Positions 46,984 to 58,300 of a DNA stretch of 64,000 nt are shown here, piece after piece; the first letter of the stretch is position 1; each line of letters begins with the position of its first letter. The stretch spans positions 252,549 to 316,548 of the forward strand of contig NW_004797422.1 of the NCBI RefSeq assembly GCF_000002075.1, given 5' to 3'. A program made the translations under genes and the position numbers. The notes under the pieces are model-generated. The model had not been told where the DNA came from, searched no databases, and saw only the letters and a program-made list of their open reading frames with translations. The DNA is from Aplysia californica (lineage: Eukaryota).

Positions 46984-49900
46984 ATGGCTGCTTCAAGCCA
47001 ACAACAGAGCATGTTTGTTGAAGCTGTTAAAGCAGTTTTGAACAGTTGGACTGCTCTTCAGGTTGTTTTTTTTACGAATCCATCTGTCAAAATTTAGATA
47101 ATCAGTACTGCCTCTCAAAGATTTGAGTCTAACTGTAGTAGATGTAGTGTGTTTATTGCAATGATTAAACAAAATGCGTAGGCCTAGTTCCAGGTACAAT
47201 GTTTACATTTACTCTTCAGCAACCATGCTGGTTTGATGCCTGTGCCTTAAACTTAAGGCAGGTAAGGAGGTGTAGCTATGGTTCATACCAAAACGTTGAT
47301 CTGACTGTTTTAATGCTGTTTTCTTCATAAATGTGTGTGTCTGTATAAAATGAAACCTTAATCAGCCTTCAAAAGATTAAATTCTCACGTTTTTTTCATG
47401 TGGCACAGAAAAGAAATTGCAGAGTCAGCGGTTTTTTTGCACCATTTTATTTTTCGTGAATCTCAATAACTCCTTAAGATAGACACTTGATAATTGGCAT
47501 GGTAAATATTCAAGGTAATATCTAAAACCTTACACACCCAATTTTAAATATCTACATTCCCTTTGGAGATTTTCAATCTTATGTGGCCTAGAATTAGATC
47601 TGATATTTCAGACTAGATCTACGTACTTATTACAAAAGGTCTGAAAACTTAAAACATGTGGGAAAAGAAGCAAAAATACCTCTGTAAAGTATAAGGAAGA
47701 CATTCATGGACTATTGTGAGGAAATTTCAACCAATTCTGACAATAACTTTCTGAGACTACTCAAAATAGTGTAGCAGATTGTGTCAGAAATTATTCTGAG
47801 AAAAAAGATGTGTCATGCCGAAATGCCTTTCTAAATTTATGTTGATGCTGGCAAACTGAGTTGTTTATGTAAATTGAGTTTATTGTAAGTCTTTGCCACA
47901 AAAAAGAAGAGTTTTTAAATGATTTGACAGGTGAGTGACTGCCTTTCTTAAAGAAGTCATGACTTTTTCAAGCCAAAAAGAAGTAGAAGCTGCTACGTCC
48001 TTTTTATTTTCTTCCCAAATGTCTTGGTTTTGTGCATTTTTGGCTTCACCATGGTGGAATCTGAAACAGTGCAACAAAGGCACACTTAAACTTGCATCAC
48101 ATCTAGATCTGTATTATTTTCTCAATATAGCCATGTTCTGCTTGCTTGAGAGGATAACCGGCTTTGGGAACACCGCTCTCCCATTTTTAAAAAGTAAAAA
48201 TAATTATAGTAACAGACCTGTGAGTTTTCCAGCAAATTCCGGCAATTTAGACTCCCACTAAAATTTGTCAACACCAGGCGGCCGTTTCCGCGCTTTGGGC
48301 CAATCGGAGGATTTGAGGGGGACATTCCCCTCTTTCCGCCCCCTTCCCCTTTATCAGCAAGGCCAGAATTTAGTTTAGAGGTCCTGCATTTAAATCACAG
48401 TCCAGGGTTGAAAAGGGTGCTGCTATCAATTATAGGATAGCATGGAATTTGGCGTGGGAAGGTGGACTGAGAGTGTAGTATTCCTGTTCTTCTTGTATCC
48501 CACAGTAAGTTTTAGACCACTGCAGTGACAGTCCATGTTTAAATGGTTATGATGAATGACAGATGAATGAAATATTACTTTTACAAGTAGTGAATTATAA
48601 TAAGAGTCCCAAAACAGAGTTGATCCCCTTGCTTTGCTGGAAGGTATAGAGGAGATTCATGATTCCAAAGTTGCTCGCTGTAGCAATTTCCATTTTGGTT
48701 TCTTTTGTATTCATATTTTGCTCTGGTGATTTTTCCCTTTGTATTTTTTGTTGTTGTATGCACATTGTATAGAAAAGTAATACTGAACTTCTCTCTAAAT
48801 TCACAGTTGGCAGTGGAGCAGGGGTTTGGAGGGCCTGAAAGCCAAGAGAAAGCAGAATGGATGGTCGAGGCAGTAGACACCTGGTTCAGAGAAAATGGTA
48901 AGAGGTCTCTGCTGTGTTTTTTGTCTTAATGTTGACATTATTACTAGTCCAATAGCAACAGTTGTAGCAGAAATTATATTGACAAACTGTGACATCATTT
49001 TTTATTGAATTTGAGGGTTCGATGAATGCCAGTGATGACTGATGTAAGACTTTTTATCGATGATGACAGGGACATCTGTCCTTCACTTAAAACAATGTGC
49101 CATGGTGCTTTTATTTTTTTATTTTTTTTTGCTTGCAATAGATCTTTATCAACAGGTTCAAGTACATATTAGTTTGTTTTCTTTAGTCTACAACAGCTCT
49201 TATTTTATTTATCTTTGTCATTCTCATTCAAAAACTTTCACAGAGAACAATTTGGAATGCCATGCTCAATGCTTAAGACAAATACTTATATGGAAAATTT
49301 CAGAGTGTGGAAGTCTGTTGAGGACAAAGATTTTCTTTTCTATCAACATCAGTTGCCAAACTTAAGGGGTAGAGCACAGTGGGTACTGGCTAAATGTTGG
49401 AAGTGGGGTAATAATATAGATCATAAAGCGCATAGAGCTTGCTGTTGAGTGAGAATTTGCATTACACAAATGTTATCTATTATTAAGTGAGCATGTATGC
49501 CGTCAAATATGAAATGTAAGGCAGGGTGGTGAAATCAGGCACTCATCAAAATAATGAAATTTAAGAAACAGGCTTTTTTCCACTGGTTTGGCAATTTTTG
49601 TCGAATTTTTGGATTTTTGGCACACCTTTTATGTCTTTTTAAAATCACATTTCTGTGTGGATTTTACTTTTTTTTAAACGCTGATTAAAGACACAAAAAA
49701 ATATAAATTTTCAGTTTCCAAGTACTCTCAAGCAATGGAATTCACCAACCTTTGGTGGCCTTTTCTTGCTAATTTTACCTTTGAAACTGGGCAACCCCCA
49801 ATTCTTTCAATCATGAATATCTCGACTTATATTCAAGAAAGATGGGTATTTTTTTTCTTTGAAAGCAAGAAAGATGAACAAGCTTTAAGAGGATATCAAT

Positions 49901-52900
49901 TACTCAACATGCCCAAAAATTGATGAGCGTCGTGATACAAATGTATTTGAAGCCCCCAGTGTTGAAATTCATGGTTGCAATATGATAGAAATATTTCTGT
50001 CAAGGTCCCCCCTCTTCTTGGCTTTGGTTTTTTAGACAATTAACAGTTTATCCTAGCATTCACTAGAAAAATTGCTATACTTATGTTGGTGTTGGTACCT
50101 TTTGCATCAAGTGTTTGATGCCACCAAGTACATTGACCTGTCAAGTATCTATTTTGGTGTGTGTATTGGTTATATGTATTTTGCAGACACAATGAATTAT
50201 CATGCACTAGATAGTGTAAGAGTGTTGAATTGCGTTTTTTTGTGTTTTTTTAATTACAGATGGCATAGAGCCGTATGAAGTAGAGGACTTCCTGGCCGAC
50301 ATATTGAATGAAGAATTTGACCTGCGTTTAGAAGACAATAGCCTTCCAGAGGTGAGTGGGTAAATTTAAGAGCTGTTGGCCAGTGTTGTACACGGCATCA
50401 ATTTTCACACTATTTTGTGTCTTTTGGTTGGAATGACTCATCGGCCCTCTTTTGTTTGTTGAGTTTAGGTAAAAAAAAAGGATGAACAATACACACCTAA
50501 ACGGGACCCTCAACTTGACCCTTACTTTTGTTTTTTGTTTTTGTAAAGTGTTTTACGGCGCTTGCAACTGCATAGGTCATATGAGCGCGTGGGACACACC
50601 TAATATTTTCAGTTGGTAGGAAATTTTGAATTTTCCCCGGGTGGCGGCCGAAGCCTACTCTTATCGATTTTAGACCACCAAGGGATCTTTAACGTGCGCA
50701 ACTTGCACACGGGCCCTCCGAGATTTTTCGCCCTTGTCCGAGAAGGCTAGGTGTAGATCTTTCCTACCAGAAGATCAGGGGTGTGGCAGAAAGACAGCAG
50801 TAAGGAGGAGCCAAGGAGTAGCAGTAGAAAGGCTGCAGAAAGAGTCAGGAGCCCAGAGGAGGGGGCAAAGGAGGTGAGGGGGTGGGGGCAGAAAGTGGAA
50901 ATGAAAGCAGACAACAGAACATTGCTAGAGAGCAGGAAAGGAGGTTAAAGGAGACAATTTTAGAGAAGAAAATTTTTCGGTCGCTACCCGGATTCGAACC
51001 CGGGACCTTTGAATGAGAGGCCAACACCTTAACCTCTAGGCCACGAGAGCCCCCACCCTTACTTTACAGATTTCAGTGTATATTTTTTGCATCCTCGTAA
51101 ATCTAGTTGAAGACAACTGACTTTCTGACTTTTCACTTGGACATTGTTTGCTTATCCTGAATTTCATGAGGTTTTTGATCTCTTTACTTTTATTTGCAGA
51201 TTTCAAGACTCATTTGCACCTTTTACCGGCTCTGTCAGGAAAACAAGAGCGAAGAAATTGCACAGAGATTGAACGTGTTACCCAGAGCCTCAATTCAACA
51301 CTGCCAACAGGGGCAGAACAGGGTGGAGGAAATGGATGTGAGTGCTTTCTTCAGCCTTAGATAGTTAATGAAGTGGTAGAGGGAGAGATGCTTTGGACGG
51401 CTTGTTTTTGTACATGATCTTCTTTGTTCTATGCAGTGGTGTATAGTGGGTGGTTGGCGGGTGCTCTGGTGTGGTTTGCTCCTTCTTTCCTATCAAACAT
51501 CTATCGTCCTTTTCTCTCCTCCTTTTTTGTGTATGTTACTCTCTTGTAACACGTCTATTCTTCGGCACTTATATGACCCTATTGTGTTGCAAGTGCCGTA
51601 AAATGCTTACTAAAATAAAAATAATAGTGGTGTATATCAGATCAAGAACTGTATGCTTTTTGACAGTATGTATTATGCAGTTGATGACAGACACCAAGGT
51701 TATCTAAATTGTGTCGGGGAAGGGGGGTAGAGAAGGAAATATAATATTTTTTATTATACAATACATATATATATCATCTTTCCTCTCTATGTAAGGTATC
51801 ACTAGTCAAGTGGTAAGGCTGTCAGACTCAAAACAGGAAGGTGGAAGGTTCAAATCTTTGTCTAGGGCTGATATTGTCAGTACTTTTGTGTCATTGGGAC
51901 AAGCACTTTACACTCATTTTCCTTACTTAACTTCTTGGTAGAAGTTATATTGGTTATGTAAAAATGCAATCTTTTCTTCTTCTTCTTCTTCTTCTTCTTT
52001 TTCTGCTGCTCGTCGTCGTCCTTCTCCTCCTTCTCGTTCTTCATCCTCTTCCTCCTCCACCTCCTCCTCTTTTTCTTATGGTCTCTAATGACAACGCTGG
52101 TTTTGTTTTCCAGAGTGATGAAGAGGCTCCTGGTCCCCCTCCGTCCTCCCACTCTAATGTCCCTCCTGCTGGACAGAATTCTGCATCACAAGGTCAGTTT
52201 CGTGTCTCCCTAACAAGTGAAATATTTCCATGTCTCTTTTAAGTGTGACTAATTTAAAACTCACCAGGGTCACAACATGAGGTTTGAATCAGCATTAGTT
52301 TAAGAAATGTATTATTGTATTGTATTAGTAAGTCTCACTGCAAAATTCGGACATTGTTATTAAGACAGGTTTCAGAAATACAAAACCATTTACAATTCCC
52401 ATAGAAAAAGATTATTTTCTTTGTGGATACGATATTTTCTATTTACATTGTTGCTGCAGCCTTAACACTTTCCGCCCTTGTAGCGCGCAGAGCGGTCAAC
52501 CTTTGTTCCCACGTACCAGGATTTGGATGTGGATGGGGTACATCATTACTATACCTGTATCTCGGCAAAAATACCCCAACCATTGTGAAATTTTCAGCAA
52601 ATTGAGAAAATTGAATGTGATGATCGCTTATTCACCAAAAAGGGAATTAGAATCGGAACTGAGAACTTTAGATCCAGCATGTTCATCACCAGAATTCTCA
52701 TCGTGGTTTAAGTGTAAAGCAGCACTCATGCCAGATCTACTCGTCATATTTCAAAAAAATTTACTCCAATTGTTGTAAACAGATTTTCAAAGGCTACACT
52801 AACTATTCAGAAAGGAAATTATTACTTTAACAAGTGCTCATGTCAAAAAGGAGATAATTGCTACATTTTAATTTTCTAATTTTCTGTCTATATCACACCA

Positions 52901-53458
52901 TCACCAGTCGGCATCCGGTAGGGGAAAGAGACGGCTTCGACGTTCCGTAAGGGCAAAGTGTTCAGTCTGTGACCATCTACTTTTCCTATACATCTTTATT
53001 TCAACTAAATATGCAACAGTAGCAGAGCTTTTTGTGTACATTTCATGAGCTCACAATGTTGGTCTTGATCTGGTCAAACAATGGAAATCGTCGTCGGTGC
53101 TAGGCTCTAGAAGTTACTGACAATAGAATAAAGAGGGGGGAAAATAAAACGCGGGACTTGAAAACCTTTCGTGGAAGGTAACAGGAATTTCTTGTTTAAA
53201 AGCTTCACGTGAAACAAAATCTATTGTAATTATTTTAAGTAACTGTAAGAACAAGACAGAACTAAAAGATGAATAATGGCTATTCTTTTTACTTCAGTGA
53301 TGTGTTTGTTATTTTGATTTTTCGCTCTTCTCTCTACCTCATTGATGATATTGCATTCCCCAGAAACCGGTGACGACATGGAAACGGCAGAGGGTGCTGA
53401 AGACAAAGAGGACGAAGACGGATTTAAAGTCGTCCGACATGGGCGAAAGAAAAGATAA
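46984..53458 (+). CDS. TSR2: Pre-rRNA-processing protein TSR2 homolog (eS26 escortin), 190 aa
   Basis: Exons 46984-47061, 48807-48897, 50260-50351, 51200-51337, 52114-52192, 53364-53458. GT-AG junctions, phases consistent, 573 nt. Motifs: F.[59 protein letters not shown], acidic tail ending DEDGFKVVRHGRKKR*. Confidence 0.95.
49514..49940. mobile_element. Family C non-autonomous DNA element
   Basis: Colinear with 55322-55762. Confidence 0.7.
50529..51054 (-). mobile_element. Complete ~526-bp tRNA-derived SINE
   Basis: 5' tRNA-like head with A box TGGCCTAGAGG and B box GGTTCGAATCC; central CCCGTGTG...GCACGTTAAAGATCCC segment; 3' stem-loop and A-rich tail; 11-bp TSD ACCCTTACTTT (50518-50528, 51055-51065). 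Confidence 0.9.
51446..51625 (+). mobile_element. Family A short retroelement
   Basis: Full-length; 11-bp TSD AGTGGTGTATA (51435-51445, 51626-51636). Confidence 0.9.
51971..52077. repeat. (CTT)n/(CCT)n compound trinucleotide repeat
   Basis: Pyrimidine-rich run just upstream of the TSR2 exon 5 acceptor. Confidence 0.9.
52466..52960. mobile_element. ~495-bp piggyBac-like MITE
   Basis: TTAA|CACTTTCC ... GGGCAAAGTG|TTCA; ends shared with 15872-16017. Confidence 0.75.
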
Positions 53459-54585
53459 CAGAGGACTCTTGTCTTTTTCTCTCCTTTTTCTGCACCTTTA
53501 CTGTTAATAGATGGACATTATTCACCAGAGTTCGTTTTGTTGCTCAGATTGTTTTTTTATGTGTATTTTTTTGTTTGAGAGACAAGGTGTACTTTTACCT
53601 ATCCTATCTATCAGTGTTTGTTGATCTCATGCTTCAGTGTTGGAGGGTGCCACAAGTAGGTCCTATTTCTTTTCTTTCCCTCTGTTTTTTCTGTTTGTCC
53701 ATCTTGCTTTTTTTCCCTTTAACTGAATGACTGTGTTATTGTGTCAACATGATTTTTTTTTTCTTTACTCAAACAGCCTCATGTGTCAGGTGCAGGGGAT
53801 ATTTAAGGACAGTGGGTTTTTACTGAAAATAGTCCAGTAAAGTAATAGTATCAAGGCGATACAGAAAAACTTCAATTTAAGATTTTAAGAAAATCATCCA
53901 CCAGTGCTCCTTAGGCTCAAATATAGTTTGGAAATTTTTTTTGATGGCGTCATGTCATGTGTCTTACTCATGCTGCAAAGTTGGTTGTTGTTTTTTTGTG
54001 TTTTTTTTAGTAAAATCCTCTTTGTAGTTATTGGTGTTGTTGTTTTCTGGTGAATTTGCCATATATATACATGTACTTCAGTATGAGGTTGTCCTTGTGA
54101 CTAGTGGTATTACCACTTGTGAGGTCTACTCCTATTTCTTTTCACTGACAGTATTGTCTAAATTTATGGGGCTGGAATATTGACTCATTGCAGCATTTAT
54201 GAACTTGATTCTGGGGAAAGGGAAAGTGCTCTCGCAGAGAAAGTTGTGGCCATGCTATTATTAGTAGCAGCTCCTTGCTAATACTCAGTGCCCACTGCCC
54301 ATCCGACTCTTTTGACTGAATTTTTCCTACATGGACAGGGCAAAAGTTTCCATTTTTTGCACAATACAACACAATTCAACTCAATTTGACTGACCTTCAA
54401 ATTCAAACGCATATATTTTTTATAAGTCACAAATCATATCAGTTCAGCCATATGGTGCCAAAATGGTATAGCTTTTGCCCCTCCACGAAGAAAAATTTGG
54501 GAGACCAGGACTATCAAATGAATCTGATTGGCAGTGTGCACTGGGCTGGGTATAGGAATTACTCACTTTACCTGCTTGTTCTGAC

Positions 54586-54915
54586 TCTAGTTTTGGTAAG
54601 AGATTTACGGCACTTGCAACACAATCAGATCATATAAGTTGCGAAGATTAGAGGTGTTACTAGGGAGTAGCATACTTGATTTTAGTAAGACTTTTACGGT
54701 ACTTACAACACAATAAGGACATATAATAAGTGCCGAAGAATAGATTATGTGTTACAAGAGACACAAAAAAGAAAGTTGATAGGAAAGAATGAGCAAACCA
54801 CAACTGAGCACCCGTCAACCACCCACAACAGTAGCATACAAAGAAAAGAAGAAGAGAGATAAGGACAACAGATGTTCAATAGGAAAGCAGGAGCAAATCA
54901 CACCAGAGCACCCAC
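54586..54915 (-). mobile_element. Family A element with a second family A copy nested inside (54676-54829)
   Basis: Outer TSD TGTTCTGAC (54577-54585, 54916-54924); inner TSD AGTAGCATAC (54666-54675, 54830-54839). Confidence 0.85.
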
Positions 54916-55321
54916 TGTTCTGACATTAGGAGAGGCAAAGTTAATTCGTCTAGAAACATTTTATATTTTGTAGAATTAGCTTATGAACACAAAGACCAAA
55001 ATACAAAAGTATCATATGATCTATAATAATTTATTGAAAGTGTATTTCATCTCAAATCTATACACACTTGCAAATGTTGGTACAGTGAAGTAACAAAAAG
55101 ACCAGTAACAATTAAATCATCCCACAGACAGAATTTTTTTCCACAACTGTCAGCTACCCCCAAAAAGCTTCTTCATATATCTACAGTAACAGTCACAAAC
55201 CGTGGTGGTAAGTCTGAAATTGCTATCCTTCAAGGAAAACAGTGTGCCAATGTCAAGTGTACCGCAGATAATGGACGTGTACATTTTGAGCCAACACTGT
55301 ATTTAGTCATGTTCATTCCAT

Positions 55322-55762
55322 ATGTGAGGCATCGTGGTGAAATCCGGCGTTCGTCAAAATAATTAGATCTAAATCAAAGAAATCTGCATCTTTTTGGCCG
55401 ATGAGCAAATTTTTTTTTTAAATTATTTTTTTGGCTCAACGCCTTTTATGTCCATTTAAAAACAAATTTTTAGGATGAAAGGCACACAAAATGTAAATTT
55501 CCAGTTTCCAAGGACTCTCAGGCTATGGGAAGTTAAAAAACTTTGGCAGCCATTTTCTTGCTAATTTTACCTCTGAAACCAGGCGACCCTGACCTCCTTC
55601 AATCGCAAATATTTCAACTTCTTCTATTCAACATAGACGGATATTTTTTTTTTCACCAAATGGAAGACAAATGAACAGGCTTCAACTTTAGTTTAAGATG
55701 ATACCATTAACCTCACATGACCAAAAATTGATAAGCGCCCGATTCCACAGCGTCGTGACACA
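55322..55762. mobile_element. Family C non-autonomous DNA element
   Basis: AT|ATGTGAGGC ... GTGACACAT|AT; three copies in the window. Confidence 0.75.
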
Positions 55763-58059
55763 TATACTTTGCACAATATTAGAACATGATGCATGAGGGT
55801 TTTCCAAGCAGTCCTTTCAGACAACAAAAATAAAACTATCGAATTTCAGACTTACATATATATAGTTTGTGACCATTACTACTGATGATAAGGAGGAGGA
55901 AGCTGACATGTTCTGAAAAAATTCCATCTTCATGTACACTCATGTGAAATATTTGACTACTTCACTTGGTATTATTGACATGGAGCCCATGAACCCCAAA
56001 ATCAGGAAGACAATCTCTGTGTAAATCATTGTAAATGTTTTACACCCCCATCAATACAATTTAGATCACTTAGTAGGAGACAGCATATTACTTAAAACAA
56101 GTCAATGATGAGCTTGCAGTTGAAGTTGAAATTTTATATGTTATAGCTTTCAGGATTTAGCAAAGCAGTTTAAAAAATGAACACTTGGGGTTGTGGGGCA
56201 TAAAACTTTTACAATTCTTTAAAAAATTAAGATCAGTGCCAAGGCATGAACACCTGGCCTGATCTGATTTTAAAAAACGACAGCATGAATAATTTATCAA
56301 TAAATAATATCTGATAATAATGATCACACCTTTGAGACTTCTTGCGTAGTAAGGAACCTTGTGTCTTTTCCTAAAAGTAAGAGACACATTAGTACTTCAA
56401 GCATAAATCTCAGCAAACATCTTCATGACCTTACAATCTGTACACTGAATCCTCAAGTTTTCTTCTTGTGTATGCATCATATTTTTTTAAACAACACGGA
56501 TTTTTTAAAAATACACATTTGTAAAAGTCCGAAAAGAAGAAAAAGTGAGTAGTGAGGTGACTTACACAGTGTAAATGTCTTTTACATAGACTTTGAAAAG
56601 ACAGTTTATGACATAGTATAGTACAGAATAAAGAAGTCTGAAAGTCAAATCCACACAAGAAAATTAATTCAAATATGTGGAGAAAAGGTAAAAGACTAAA
56701 ACACAATGTGACACAAAATTCTGCTACAAAGCTGAGCACATTTAGCACTCCTTCAAATTCTTCATGAACTGAATCTAAAATCATGATTGGTGAACATAAG
56801 ATGCAAGGTTGAACAAAAGCATATATATGTGGCAATGCTGGCTAATGCTGAATAAGTTAATAAAGGCCTTTGTAACAAAGTAAGTTACTTTCAAATGGAT
56901 CCTACATAAAACATGTAGAAAAGGCTAAGAATTAAATGTATTTTGATTCAAGATCTGTTTGCTGTTAACTGAATCTAGCAGTATAAACAAATTGATTCGT
57001 GGCAAAATGTCAGAGAGCAGTGAGGACTAAGATCCTCCGAGTGATCTAGAGAGGAAAAAGTGGGATTTTGAATTATATCGGAGAGAAGATAATGTAATGA
57101 TATTCTGTAGAAATGGCCTTCAATGACTTCACAACACAAGACTTGCTAATTCCTGACAATCAGGAATTCGAGAATCTTATCACTTACATGGCACCAAAAC
57201 CACTCCGTCCAGTTTGATGCAATTTTGTTCGTTGTTACATAAACGGATGCTATAATGCTGGTTGTCCCAGACTGGGTTTTGAAAACGTTGGCAAGTTTTA
57301 CAGCCATCTGTATGTTACCACTGACAGAATACACACTACCAAACAGTAGATGCTGTGTAGTAACACAACAGATCCAGCTTTGTACATCACATTAATACTG
57401 AGAGTACTAAAACACATGGTAGGTCACAATAGAAGAATGATCATGGTTTGGAGAAAATCAAATCCTAGATTTAAAACCTAAGCATACCGTACTGTGCTTT
57501 GAGTGTTTCTGTTGAAACCACTTTCAAAAAGCTGCTCCCATAGTTTGAGTCGACACAGTCATGTAGTGCATCTCTACTAAAAGTATAAAAGTCACAATTT
57601 CGTCACTTTTGAGTTTGAGACATGGTTGTTTCTTCCAATGTGATGTACATGATAAAATTGTAACCATGGTTGTCCCTGTACTTTTGTTTTTTTTACTTTT
57701 AAATATTTTCCCAGCCAAGCTTTGATTACTGAGGGCAGAACTGAAGGCGAAATCATGATTTTTAAAAACCAAACAACTAACATATCAACCAGAGAAAAAA
57801 AGGTGAAGATGTGGCATAAGGATACAGCAAGCAACAGCTTTGAAAACAGAAGAGGTGAAATTCATAACACACACACACATTTACATTTACATCATACCCA
57901 CAAAACACTGGTCCTTTCACACAGCCTGTCTAATGCTGACTGTCTTAAACTTAAACAATTTCATGCAGACTGCCTTACACAGATAATTTAATGATAATAA
58001 ATAGCATATAACACAAATTCCCACTCAACAGCAACCTCTATACATTTTACAAAGCGACC

Positions 58060-58300
58060 GTTTAGTTCAAGTTCAAGAAACCCATATGCCACATTTTTCA
58101 AAAATTGATTTTTTTGCTTTCCCGTGGCTGCAAATCTCTCTTTGTCGCAATCTTTTTGATGTGCTGTAATTTATTTATAGTCCAATGCTCACATAGAAAA
58201 GCTATGTGATGGAAAAAGATCTGCGGCCATGGAAAAGCCAAAAAAAAGTCAATTTTAGATAAATGTGGCATACTGGTTTCTAGAACTGAACCTGCTAAAT
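58060..58300. mobile_element. Palindromic MITE with ~85-bp inverted arms
   Basis: AGTTCAAGAAACCCATATGCCACATTT..GCTTTCCCGTGGCTGCAAATCT mirrored by AGATCTGCGGCCATGGAAAAGC..AAATGTGGCATACTGGTTTCTAGAACT. Confidence 0.8.

Noticed and set aside
50978-51054. tRNA gene
   Set aside because: It has A and B boxes but no proper acceptor or anticodon stems, and it is the head of a TSD-flanked SINE
51877-52242. Lys/Glu-rich and Leu-rich ORFs
   Set aside because: Produced by the (CTT)n repeat; only 52114-52192 is a real TSR2 exon
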